DNA of 64,000 bases from Chlorokybus atmophyticus (lineage: Eukaryota; Plantae; Mesostigma and Chlorokybus algae), in the NCBI GenBank assembly GCA_009103225.1, contig RHPI01000671.1:405651-469650 (forward strand), in the 5' to 3' direction. Numbering within the stretch: position 1 is the stretch's first letter; each line of letters begins with the position of its first letter. A model generated the notes under the pieces. It was not told the DNA's origin. It saw only the letters and a program-made list of their open reading frames with translations, and ran no database searches. Positions 43,095 through 55,893 of this stretch are shown here, in pieces. Both the position numbers and the translations under genes were made by a program.

Positions 43095-45063
43095 ATGGTG
43101 GAGGATTCTGTGATTGTTGGGCCAGCTGCCATCGTGCCCGACGAGGATGAGGAGGCGGCTGCTGGCACCAGCGGCCAGGGCGGGGTTTACTTCGTGCTGG
43201 AGAGAGCTGCGCTAGAGGCGGCAAAAGTTGGCAAGGTAAGGATTGAGTGTCCAAGGCGGGGGGGTGGACATACGCCAGCACTTGAAGTGTGCCTCTCACA
43301 TTGCAATACACTGCATGCATGTTGTTCATGTTTAATGGTTGTTGACGATCAGTAATGATTAATATTGTCATCTTAACCGGTCCTTCGTTGACGATTATAG
43401 CTAATGCAAGCAAGCGTCTTGCTTGCATTAGCAGTGGCCATGCTTTTTTTGAGTTCTTTTTTGTCTCTTCAGCAATTGTTTTGCTCTACCGTCTAACTAC
43501 ATGGTCTGCAAGTGTAGTCGCTTGTATGTGTCTACATGGATGCGCTTCTACTTGTGAACATAGACATTGCATGCTGCAGCATCCATATTTGTGCCTTGTC
43601 ATTTATACATCACTCTGCAGTAGAATGTATGCATTTGCATGAGCTATGGATTAGTGTTGATATCAATGCCTACCAGAGTCTTGGGGCTTTGCAATGTTGT
43701 TGCACAAGTTACCTGGCAATGCAACTCTGACCAATTCGTGGTCGCCTGCAGACTTATCAACTGCTGAATTGTGATGACCATGCGAATTTTCTGAGGAAAC
43801 ACAAAAGAGACCCAGCGGAGTATCGACCAGATATCTGCCATCAGGTACCGCCTGCAAGCCATAGTTGCATGCGTCGTTCACAATGAAAAGCGATGGCACA
43901 TAGATCGCGTGTTAATGTTGCTGCTCTTGTTGCAGTCGCTGCTCGCAATCCTTGACAGCCCTTTGAACAAGGCCGGGCGGATCAAGGGAATATACGTGTT
44001 CACTGACAGAAACGTGCTGATACGTGTCAACCCGCAAATACGCCTTCCGCGAACATTTCGCCGGTTTTGTGGCCTTATGGGTAAGCAGCCACAGTTGCTC
44101 CATTACATAATTGTTGCGTGACTCAGTGCTTGCTCTTCAATAAGTCTTATAGGTGCAATGCAGGCAACTTGTAGATTGGCCATTGCAGCGCAAGAACTCT
44201 TTGTGCTCGTCAATGTTCGTGCTGCGTGCTGCGTGGTATTTGCAGGCACTTATGTCTGCTTTTGCACTCAGCATTTGCTGTGTTGACGTTAGTTTAAAAG
44301 TTTACAGGCTATCATCACACAGGATAGATTTGGACATAGACAATGTCTCTGTTGCTGATCTTATTGCATTGCTGCATGCTACACATCGGTGTTCCTTGAC
44401 ACTCATGATACAACCTTGCAGTGCAGCTGCTGCAGAAGTTGAGCATACGTGCAACTAATGGACCCGACAAGCTGTTGCGCGTTGTAAAGGGCCCGGTGAC
44501 CAAGTACTTTCCGCCCGGTTGTCGGCGTGTTGGTAAGCAACTGTACAAGGCAACCCCTCTATGTAGTGCCCTCTGTTTCTGCTGCTTGCTTTTGGGGTAT
44601 ATCAAGGGCTGCAGCTGACAGTTTCTGTCCGCAGGCTTGTCATACAGCTCTGAGAAGCTCATACAGTTGCAAGATCTGGCCCGGGAGTTGAAGGATGATA
44701 CACCAATCGTGTTTGTGGTAAGCTGGCCTTGTTGGTCACCATGGGCACCTGTGGTGTTTGTTGGAGCCCATGACTTTGGTGTCAGTGTGCAACAGTCTGA
44801 CAAGAGTGTTGGGTGGCTTGTAGGTGGGCTCAATGGCACACGGCAAGATCAACGCCCCTTATGTTGATGAAATGTTGGCAGGTATGCATTTAGTTCTGTC
44901 GTGTGTGCATAGCGAATTGTTGCTCCGCCAGTTTAGCCACCAGCCATTTGCATCTGAGACTAATGTCTGCTTCCGTCATGCAGTGTCCGAGTATCCGCTC
45001 AGTGCAGCATGCTGTATTGGCCGGATCACCAATGCACTGGAAGCAAAGTGGAACATATTGTAG
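43095..45063 (+). CDS. EMG1: 18S rRNA pseudouridine-N1 methyltransferase EMG1/NEP1
   Basis: [83 protein letters not shown], KWNIL*. Confidence 0.96.
43400..43432. repeat. Perfect 15-bp-stem hairpin in EMG1 intron 1
   Basis: gctaatgcaagcaag-cgt-cttgcttgcattagc. Confidence 0.9.
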
Positions 45064-46579
45064 CCCTAAGTCATCAACTTGTTGGGTGAAGACGGTGTAG
45101 CCGCCATACATGCCTACAGCTCGTGTGCTTATGTAGGCTAGCGCTGACCAAGGAGTAGGTGTGCCATATTTGGTGAACAGCGTATACAAGAGGCGCACTA
45201 GGCGAAGCGCGGTGCAAAGCTGTGGACCCCAGCGCAAGCACAGTGTTTGGTTGAAGCCCTTATCCGCAGGTGACATGTCATTCCCAAACCTGCAGCTCCT
45301 TACATAGTTGTTAGTATGAGCCGCAGTGCCACTGCTATGGTATGGTTTCTGCGCAGGGACGCGCCAGTTGTCGTTGTCACTGGTAGTAAGCAGACAGTCA
45401 GTCTGTAGTGTTTGATACGCTGCTCCATGTCATGTATGTGCTGTTGCAAGCGTGCACGCTTCTTTCGTCAACTGTCTCCATGTATCTTAGTAGGCACCAA
45501 GGTTCGTGTAGCTGTGTTGTGTACTGCTGATTGACGGTGGTGGCGATGGGATGGTCGCCCTTGCTGTCAGGCCCGCCGGCCACGGGTTGAGTGGCAATGC
45601 GGGCGGCGATTTGTGGGCAACGCTGGGGTGGGGTTTGCAAGGTGTGAGGGGTGCGAGGAGTGTGACACGCGAGTCGTGTATGAGGTAATGTGTGTCAATG
45701 TGTGAAGTAGAGCGGCACAGTGCGCGACGCTCTGCATGTACATATGTAAACACGCTAACTACTTTGTTGAGGCGATGATGTTGGGGCTGTCCTGGTCTTA
45801 TTCCCAATAGCATGCTGTGGAGTGTCATGCACAAATGAGATGACTGTGTTTTCTATCCCAGCATGCATGTGTAGACTGTAACTAAGCACAATCACGGCAT
45901 TGCATGCTTTGTACACATGCCTGTGGCAGTTCGCACATCCAATGCACGCCATTGCAACGAACAAGCCAACGGGCAGGAAGTTTCTTTGTACGTTGGCTGG
46001 TCAATTCGTGCACAGGATATGCGCGAGGCAGTTATAAGCATAGGGTATACGTCATAGTCATTCAAGGTCACACACGTGTTTAATGCGCAAACGCACCATA
46101 CAAGGGCTAGGCACAATCAAGCAAGCAAACAGTTATTACACCCGGCAAGCATTGCATGTCAACGCCACGCACCACATACAGCAAGCCACACGCACCTCAC
46201 TGCCGCATACGCGCTAATGCGGAGTAGCTTGTGGAAAAATAAAGGGTCTCCCAGTAGTAGCACAGACTTGCAGTAGCACACAAGCAAGCACACATCAGAC
46301 CATCAAGCACTCCACACAAAACAGCTTGTGTAGATTGTCTTATGCTGTCCTTCAAGTCCAAGCTGCCTGTCACCATTGCGGCATATGGCTATATGTGCAG
46401 ATCGGTTTGCGATGTGCGATGTGAATGGCAGTCGTGGTTGTGTTGCCTCGCATCAATGGAAGAAGTGGCACCCTTGGCTGATGATGTTGCAACACCATTT
46501 CTAGCGCAGCAGTCCCCATGCAATCCTATCAGCCTCTGCAGCAGTAAATTCAAGTCATTGCACATGTACGCATGTACAG

Positions 46580-47345
46580 TCATGGCATGAACACCTCCAC
46601 AAGTGAGAAAAATTTTAAATCTTTTGTACCGAGCCAAAAGTGTTGTTTTCGTACTGTCAAACAACATGTGCAGGTCCGGTTGTCGGCATGAGATTGGAGT
46701 GCCGCCAGCCCTATGGCACAAACACTCAGAACCCAGTGACCAGCCCTATTCCACCCTAAGTGTACGGGTTGTACACTGCGAGCATGTTGAGTTCTACTTG
46801 CGGGAGCCTGCATGGAGTCTTGGACATGGTTGAAAGAGTGGTAATGCACCGCCAGGCCCAAATTCAGCAAAGTTGCCATGCAAACGGACGGCTCAGTAAC
46901 TCAGCTGGTACACCTTGCAGTGCTTTGCAGCGGAAGCAGCCAATCCGCAAAGGCCATGAGGTTCACATCGTCCGTAAAGTACCTCCTGAGATCCCTCGCC
47001 ACCTGCCTTGCAGAGACCTCGTTGTGTATGGACCAACTGACCGTATTAAGCTATCCGGGAATGGGTATCCATTCCCGGATAGCTTGAAGGAGTTTAAACT
47101 GGCGCTGGCCAAGCCCGCTTTCATATTGTCTGAGGATGGAGGTGGTCCGAAAGGAGGAATAGATGACATGGAGGCCAAGATCTCTGTTGTAGCGATACTA
47201 ACATCTTTCCGTGTCCAGTTCACCATTGATGATAGGTGTCTATGTACCACGTTGCCACCTGCTTGTACCGTATAATCATTATCAGCACTTTTGACTGCGC
47301 CAGGTACTCCTCAACCGCCTGCTGATCAACATTGAGATACACCTG
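46580..47345 (-). pseudogene. Degenerate or unresolved coding relic of unknown family
   Basis: One minus-strand frame reads YRYNRDLGLHVIYSSFRTTSILRQYESGLGQRQFKLLQAIREWIPIPG*LNTVSWSIHNEVSARQVARDLRRYFTDDVNLMAFADWLLPLQ...PVHLGWNRAGHWVL with coding-like codon bias but in-frame stops. Confidence 0.4.
47048..47085. repeat. Perfect 17-bp-stem hairpin
   Basis: aagctatccgggaatgg-gtat-ccattcccggatagctt. Confidence 0.92.
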
Positions 47346-48001
47346 GAGGTCCCACCCCATGACTATGGTGGTGCGATTGTCGTTGCGCCGGTGTTGTTGC
47401 TTCCGCATGGTTGTGCGTAGTGTGGATAACCTCCTGGTTGACCTGCATGCATTGGCAGGACTAGATGTGTAGGTGTGTGCCACACATGCAACCCAGTCAT
47501 GCCCGCAACATGCAACCACGCGCGCAGCACACAACAGAGCAAATGTATGGGCAGTTGCAGCGTCATTAGTAACCGAGGAACAACTTGACCTCAACAGCCT
47601 CATCACAGTCAAGCACAAAAAGGCCAGGACACGTTGACAATAGAACAACAATAGGAAACGGACAGAGCCAACAACAGACTGACGTCGACGGTCGACCGTC
47701 AACATCGGCTGTGCAACGGGCATGCCTTAGTGCAAGGGACTGCTGTGCAAGCGTGCCGGCTGATGCTTTGGAGGTACTGGATGAGCTGGTACAGTACCAG
47801 GCACGCATCTGTCGTGCCAAACAACAAGCATGCTGGCATGCATGCCAGACTCATATCAAAGTGGCTGCAACAAGTTACGCTAAAGAAATGTACAACGCAG
47901 AAGAATGTACAACGGCAAGCATATCTACAAACTAACTCTGTTCCACGCCAGCTCCATGAACTGGATAGGTGACAAACAGGAACCCAAGGCGAGCATCAAG
48001 A

Positions 48002-50658
48002 TCAACCGTCAAGGAATGAGCTCCAGCTGACATTCACAAGGGCAGACACGCTCGCAAACACCCCCACTGCGACCACAATTACCGGGACCAGCACCTCCCA
48101 CGCCAGCTCCCACACCGCGCCCCACACGCCTTTGTACTTGTTCATTTTCCTGTCACGATTGGTGTCACAACACATGCCACTGACCCAGACACCATATCCA
48201 CGTGACCACATACTACCAGAGCCAGCATGACTGCTCACCTGTACGTCAGTGGGTCTGCCAGCTCTGCCTCATCGATCGCATGTGGACCAATCTGTGGTTG
48301 TGCTTCAGCAAGCGGCACACCCGTTTCCTGCATGCCAGCACTTAGCCTCTGCATGAGAGTACACATTGCTGCAGTTGGTATGCTATCCTAGAACTTGGAA
48401 CTTACATTCAACAGCTTAGGCATCACATGGCCACCATACTGTGAACCGTCGTTGTCGGTCAAAGTAGAGTCCATATGGTATACATGTGCTGCAACACCTC
48501 GGCGAGCATCCCTTTGCACATACGACCTGGCACAAACACTCAGTTTACACAACTGTCAAACATGTGTGCCTCACACCACTACAACATGCATTCGTGTGCG
48601 CACCCGCATGTGCACATGCGTATGCGTGTGTTGGGTGCATGCCTACCAGTTGAAGTACATCAGGAGATGGTTCACGACGGGAATCACGTACGACACCATA
48701 GCGACACCCGTGGCGCCAGTCACAACAAGAACATTGCCGGAGTTGTTGGGAAACAGCTCAGCAATGAGCAGACAGACGCTGAGTATCAACGCGGTCTCAA
48801 TTATGTGGCGCAACATCGGAAACCTCTTCTTGCTGCAGCATTAGCTTGCATCAGTGTTAACAGTCACACATCAAGAGTTGAACAGCAGTGCGGATTGACG
48901 CACAGCTGACCTGATCCAAGAGTCTGGTAACCATCGGTCAATTGTGTGGCGCGTTGGAAACTCTATAGGGGGGAGTGAAAGCGCCAAATACACTGTTCAT
49001 CAACAACTTGTTAACAACCCTCATGTGCAACTGCTAGCTTCTATTGGACTGTTGTGGCAAGCAAGAGAACTTACAGGCCATCAGCACATTCAGAATGCCG
49101 TATGCTGTGCCGCCGCCCAACCACTCGTTAACGAGGATGTCGTCTTCGGTGCTTGCGCCGTATCTCGCAGCCCCGAAGAAGCCAATGAAAGCGTACGTCA
49201 AGAAGGCGTTTACTGCGCAAAGCATGGTGGCTCAGTGCAAATTCAGCTGCATAATAGCGCATGGATGCAACACAGTGATGCGGTTTGACTCACTTAACAC
49301 TACAATGCGTGTCCCCCATGAGAGAATCTTCACGCCAACATAGCCCTTTGGCATTTCAGCAAGGAAGGGCATCATGACAGGCTGAATGTAGAATGCGAAG
49401 CCAAATGTCGACACTGCTTGAGTTATGTTACCTGCAAAAGATTTTTTTGTTTTTATTAACACGTATGTGCATAAGCATTGCCATGCACGATTGTAAAGCA
49501 AAGTACAACAATGTTTTGACACTCACTGAGTGAGGTGAATCCCACTTTCTCAAACTCCCCATTGCCAATGGCTGGTAGACCAGCTTGAATGGCGTTCACA
49601 ACAATCGTAACTAGCATCCACATGACGATCACTACGCCAGCTACACCAACATATTCCAACTGCAGCAACACATGACCACGTCAATGTGTACACAGTCATG
49701 TAATCCAATTGGGTTTATTTTGTTCCAGGATTACACACTCGCATGTACCTGTCGGAGCTGCTTTACAAGGCAGAGGGGTGCTACTAGACCAACGGTGGCA
49801 ATGGCCATGACCACGCGGCCACCACCATCCACTACCCATCCTGGAACTCGGTCCTCCCCCCAAATGCCAATGAACCCTGCCGCGCAGATCTCACCAACTT
49901 GCAGTATGCCGCCGATGATTGTACCAAGTAGCAGCACAACAATGGACACCTCTGTGATGAACTGCATGAGAACGAGTAACGTCAACCATCAGCGCAAGGT
50001 GAAGCATGCACTTCTGCTGTTAGGCAAGCATGCATGCACATACCCGCCATATTTTGCCGCCCACAGCAAATGCGAGCGTCTCATAATCAACTTGCCGAGA
50101 CTTCCAGGCCTGGCGCAGCAGCAGATCGCACGTGTATGCGTTCGCGGCCGACACCACGACCATAATCAAGAAGCCGCACACGATGCCGGTGATTGAGAAA
50201 GCCCATGACACTGGCAACACAGCGCTGTGAACAGAGCAGTAACAAGTAAGCACAAGCATCAATCGTGCCTTGGTGCAGCACAATCTGCACAAGCAATGTT
50301 GCTTGCCATAAGTACCTGCCCATGATGCCAAGTGTCAAAGTGGGCACGACAGCAAGGAATGCGCGTCTGTTCTCGGGATGGCGAAGCCAATGCTTGCCAT
50401 TGTACGAGTGACCGACCCCGCTAGTCTGAGAGTACTGCATTTCACCATTGTTCTGTTCCGTCTTGGCAATGGAAGAATAAGCTGCAACGTCGCAAGCTTG
50501 TTGAGTGGTGTTCAACAGTAATGCTGGAAGTATGCTGCGACAGGTAACAAGCCATGCATTGCACAAACTGTTGCTCAAGCAGACTAGCATGTGACAACGT
50601 GTGATGTACCTGGCTGGGATGTAGTTAAGTGCAGCGCTGCCATCTCATGGTCAGCCAT
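48002..50658 (-). CDS. Amino acid/auxin permease family transporter (Aa_trans, AVT/SLC38-like), multi-exon
   Basis: TLGIMGSAVLPVSWAFSITG, NAYTCDLLLRQ, DYETLAFAVGG, AVSTFGFAFYIQPVMMP, IGFFGAARYG..EDDILVN, TGATGVAMVSYVIP, multiple TM helices; putative start MADHEM at 50658 splices in frame. Confidence 0.88.
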
Positions 50659-52185
50659 GTTTGATATGCGCGCGTCAGTCAGCACACTGCGCCAGCAAGA
50701 ATTTGGACTGCCCTATCGCACCTAGTAGTAGAGAGCAGATTTGGCTCAGCATGCAAGCAATAATCATGTCACAAGCGCTGCTTGGAAGACCAACTGCTTG
50801 TGTCACTGCAACTAGTAACAGTTACACGCACAAGCTTAGAGCCCAATGTAACCAAGACAGTTGCTGTAAGGAACAACGTGTCAGCTTCGACACGAAACGT
50901 GGGGGGCTTCTACCAACCACACTACGTTAATCAACCATGCCTGCCAGTTCCAACATGCCAAAACATCAAGCTAAGCCAATGACGGACCGTGTTACCTCAG
51001 CAGGCGTTGCCGGCACAGCAGCCACCTGCTACTAGCTGAAAGGACAAACTCCCAGCATGCTGCTGTCCATTGCACACAGGTAGCTGAAGCAGCATGCGCT
51101 GTATGCTCAGCAGGCAGCCTGCAGCTCAAGCACCTTGAGCTCGTCCTGACCAACGAATAAACTGCCAGGCGATGACTCCTCCCCGGCGCATGCGGCAAGC
51201 ACGCAAGCAATGCCCACTGACCAGACCCAGTCTATGTAATTGGTGTGGAAGAGAGAGAAACGCAGACACGGCAGCGCAAGCAAGCAAGCAAGCAAGTTGC
51301 GTGCAGCGAGCAAGGTAGCAAGGTGGTAGCAAGCAGACACCTTGGTCACCATGCACTAGTCATAGCATGGCACTGGCGCTGCCAATGCAAGCAGCATGCA
51401 TGCACGTTGCAGCTAGATCGATGTGGCTAGGCAGCCACAGTGTAGCACTGTGCTGCAGAGGATTCCGCGCTACTGTCTTGCGGCTGCACGTGCGTTCGCT
51501 CAAGACTGCTTACTTTGTGAGGTCGTGTACAATGTGGCTCAGAGATTATTGGCTTACACCCTTACGTGTGCACTAACGTTTGGAGAGGTCAAGGCCCCGG
51601 CCACCTTTCCCCATGGTAGCACATGACGGTTCATCGCACCAAAGAGCGCCGCGGAACCGATTCCATCATTACAATGCAAATTCTGCATTGCAGAAGCTGT
51701 AGCTGCACTGCACCACTCGCCTGGGACTTGTACGGTAAACTTTTGCGCGTACAGTGTGAGTTTTGATTGCCTGTGTACATAATGCCTGGAAAATGACTTC
51801 CTCAACAGTCAACTCACAGTCCGCTGATGGAGGCCTGAATCAGGCCACCCGATGGGTGCTACATGACCTCCCGTAACTCATGAGTCATGACCCACAAGCG
51901 TTTATGGGTGATTTAGCACTGGTAATGTTGCTCTGTTCAACTCGATAGTACGTTAATAACTTTCGTGCGAAGCGGGCCAAAAAAGTTTGGGGTGCGCGTG
52001 GTTAAGCTTCGCTGTTTGATGCTCTGCAGAGACGGACATCGGACGTCCCAGCTCAGTTAGTTGGCGCAGCTGCCTGCAGCGGCGGCGGCGGCGGTGTTGG
52101 TGAGGGCGGTCCCAGGGTAGGTGTACTCGTAGTCAGGTGTTACTCCGTGGGTTTTGAGTTTGAGAGTCTTGTTGTTCTCCCCCTT

Positions 52186-52323
52186 ATGCTGGTCGGCGTG
52201 CTGGGTTTCGCTGCCGTCACCATCACGGCGGATGAGCGCCCCCTCCGCCGTGTGATGAGGCACTTCAACCTGCGGCAGGCATTCTTTCTGCAGCACCCTT
52301 CTGAGCCCCCGGGTGCTTATTTG
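52186..52323 (+). other. Upstream coding-like exon (46 codons, MLVGVLGFAAVTITADERPLRRVMRHFNLRQAFF...); possible uORF or small gene ahead of CuAO
   Basis: High GC3, ends at TTG|gtgagt donor; no in-frame join to the CuAO ATG found. Confidence 0.4.
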
Positions 52324-52647
52324 GTGAGTTAACCATTTGTTGTAGCTTACTGTATCGCATTGTGACAAGTAAGTGTTTGACATCTGGCCGCTGTGCTGGT
52401 CGGCAGTTCTGTGCATGCTGATGGCAGCTGTGCAGTATTATCGGCACTGTCAAACTCTTTGTAGTCAACGTGTTTGACTTACGCGCAGCGACTGCGTCGT
52501 AAGCATGCAGCTTGTGCGTGCTGCAGGCGCTGCTCCCAGCGCAACTTGTGTAGTGTATGCTGACGTGTGGGTGTTGAATGGCAGTAGTAGCAGCGTGCTT
52601 GAGGGGTGACGCAATCCTATTTCTGGTGTATCTTGTTCTCGGGCGAC

Positions 52648-55600
52648 ATGGAGGCCTCAGCGCCAACACATCCCCTCGACATGCTGACTCCAGCGGAGAT
52701 CTCTGCTGCCATTGCAGCGTTTCGAACCTCAGACTACAACAGTGAGGTACATATGTCCTTTGACTGATGCTGTGAGCACAGCTTGAATAGCAAGCAATGC
52801 AGGTGCTATCAGGATGCATGCCAGCAAGATCTGCTGCAGAGGCCCTTTTTTGTGCGTATTGACATGTTGTTCTTACACACAGGGTGTATTCTTCTCTGAG
52901 ATTATGCTCGAGGACCCTCCAAAGGAAGTGGTCGGTGAGGCGGATGCCCGATTGATGTCAGCCAAGCTGCAGGGCCGTCCTGCGGAGTTATATGTTCCTG
53001 TGCGGCGAGCGCGCTTGACAGTTTACAATAAGCTTATCAACCAGACTGTCGTGGCCATTGCGCGCATTACCTGGGAGGCGTTGAACGCTCACGCACTGAT
53101 TGAGTCCGCCCAAGTCATCCCCAATGTACAGCCTCCAATGGTAAGTGCAAGCGTTTGGCAGCTGTTTTGCGCACACGGTTTAAACACATTGACATGGTTG
53201 TCATGCCGCAGGATGCTGAGGAGTACCCTCTTATCGAAAGCATCGTGAAGATGTATCCTCCTTTCCAAGAAGCCATGAATCGCCGAGGCATTACAGACAT
53301 GGCAAACGTGATGGTCGACCCATGGTACTCGATCTACGACGCCTGTTGCTAGTTTGACTGCTTGAGTGTGCCGGATAACTCTGAACTCCAACTGTTTATT
53401 ATAGGTGCATGGGCTATTTCACACCCGATGACGGACCTGCCCGGCGCAAGGCTTGGTAAGTTAAACAATGATGCATGCATGCAGCTACTGTAGCTGGGTT
53501 GGTGCTGTAATCATGACGGTTTAGCCTTGAGCATGATGTTATTTGTTGTGCTGCAGGGCGCTTCTCTTCCTTCGCCGGCCAGGCACTCCAAGTGACAATG
53601 GCTATGCGTGTCCCATCGAAGGGGTTCACGTCACTGTAGACCTGCAGGACATGAAGGTGTGGCAGTTGTTGAGCCAGCTAAATGTTCTGTCATGAGATCA
53701 CCTGCCTCACAGCAAGGGTTGCGCGCAGGTCATACGCTTTGAAGACAAAGAGCTGGTCTCACTGCCGCCACCGGACCCGCTGAGAAACTTCTGGTTGGGT
53801 GATCGCCCGCTGAGGACGGATGTGAAGCCGATCGTGATCAGGCGAGTGCGGTTTCTCCTTGCATTTATGTTTATTGAAGCACTCCATTCGGCATCAGCAT
53901 TGCGGTTGATGTGTTGGGTGCCCTACTGAGCCTCTCAACACCTTGGTTTACCTTGAGCTTAACATAATGGAATTTCTGTTTGCAGCCAACCGCGTGGGCC
54001 TAGCTATCATGTTAATGGCAACTATGTGGAATGGCAGAAGGTATGTTCCCACTTCAATGCGCCATTGTGTTACCATTATGACTGGGGAGGTTGACCGTGC
54101 ATGCTTTCCTGCCTCTCTCTGCCCGTAAGACTTGACAGCCTCATGCCGCGCAGTGGAGTTTCCGAGTTGGTTTCACACCCAAAGAAGGGCTGGTGCTGTA
54201 TTCTCTAGCCTATGACGATGACGAGCGAGGGCGCAGGTCTATTGCCCACCGTCTTTCATTTGTGGAGATGGTTGTTCCTTACGGGGATCCTGAGGTACAT
54301 CACGGTGGATGACGCTTGCAATGGCTGTGACGGCCTTCTCACCTATGTAGCTCACTGTGTTTATTGACCTGTCACAGCACCCTCATTATCGCAAGAATGC
54401 GTTTGATGCTGGGGAAGATGGCCTGGGCAAAAACGCTCATAGCCTCAAGCTCGGCTGTGATTGCTTGGGCGTCATTCACTACTTTGACGCGCATCTGTCC
54501 GACTACTATGGCAATGTGCGCACCATTGAAAACGCTGTCTGTTTACATGAAGAAGACAACGGCATCCTCTGGAAGCACATGGTACGCACTTTGGCATTCA
54601 TGTAGTATGATTCTTCTTGTTGTTGTCTACTTTCAGCAGGCTGCAAAATGTCATGGCCATACTTACACTTATGAGCAGGACTGGCGTACGGCGCTGACGG
54701 ATGTGCGTAGGGCACGGCGCCTGGTCATATCTTTTATCTGTACAATCGCAAACTACGAATACGGGTTTTTCTGGTACCTCAACCAGGTGATTGTCTCAAC
54801 AGGTTGAATCATTGATGGGCTGTTCTTCCTGTGACTGTTATGCTTACACCTGCTCTCTGTTACAGGATGGCACAGTAAACGCTGAAGTGAAGTTAACTGG
54901 CGTGCTGAGCATTGGTGCGATTCGTCCTGGAGAAACCCGCAAATACGGCTCTAGGATTGCCGAGGGGTTGTATGCACCGGTGCATCAGCACTTCTTTGTT
55001 GCGCGACTGGACATGGCTATAGACAGCAACCGCAGTGGGGACTACGCCCGCGGGCACAACTCTGTTGTGGAGGTGAACGTGGAGACCGAGTCGCCAGGCC
55101 CTCACAACCCACACGGTACAGTGCACGCAGACTATTTTGCTATATTGGTTGTGTTGCCTCTTAAGCATGGCTGATATCACACCGCGTTGCAGCGAATGCG
55201 TTCTTTGCCACGGAGACTTTGCTGAAGACTGAGTTGGAGGCTATTCGTGACTGCAACCCAGCATCTGTGCGCTTCTGGGAGGTATGTCTCGTGCGTGTGG
55301 CCTCTTGTGTATTTTAGCACATTACATTGTGTGGTGTAATGCGTACACACTGGCGTACCAGAGCCCTAGTGAGCTGTTTTGTGCGATTGTTAGCTGCACG
55401 AGTGAGGTTGGGCATATCATTGGCGCTTCTCACATTGACATAACCACATGCATGTCGACAGGTGCGCAACACGCACGCCAAAAATCGTGTCGGGCACGCC
55501 ACAGGTTGGCGCTTGCTCCCGGGCTCCAACTGCCTGCCTTTTGGTTCACCGGACGCCAAGGTGTTCCGTCGCGCGGCGTTCCTCTCTCACAACTTGTGGG

Positions 55601-55893
55601 TGACTCGCTACCATCCTGACGAGAAGTTCCCCGGTGGCGACTTTCCCAACCAGTGTGAAGCCATTGGGGACGGGCTGCCCACCTGGACGAAACAGAACCG
55701 TGATCTTGTGGACACTGATGTGGTGTTGTGGTACGTATTTGGCATCACACACGTGCCACGCCTCGAAGACTGGCCCGTCATGCCAGTAGACAGGATCGGC
55801 TTCACGCTCATGCCGCACGGGTTCTTTGACAACTCCCCTGCAATTGACGTGCCCCCGGGCAACGCTTCCAGCTGTCATCAGTCCAAGCTGTGA
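52648..55893 (+). CDS. CuAO: Peroxisomal copper amine oxidase (CuAO-zeta/MPO-type)
   Basis: [42 protein letters not shown] motif ANYEYGF, Cu ligands HQH and [13 protein letters not shown]-terminal SKL* PTS1. Confidence 0.97.

Noticed and set aside
40000-45000. Intronic snoRNAs in RPF1/EMG1
   Set aside because: No convincing paired C (RUGAUGA) and D (CUGA) boxes with terminal stems seen
46760-47275. 171-aa plus-strand ORF
   Set aside because: Codon pattern (C-rich first positions) indicates it is the antisense shadow of a minus-strand coding frame
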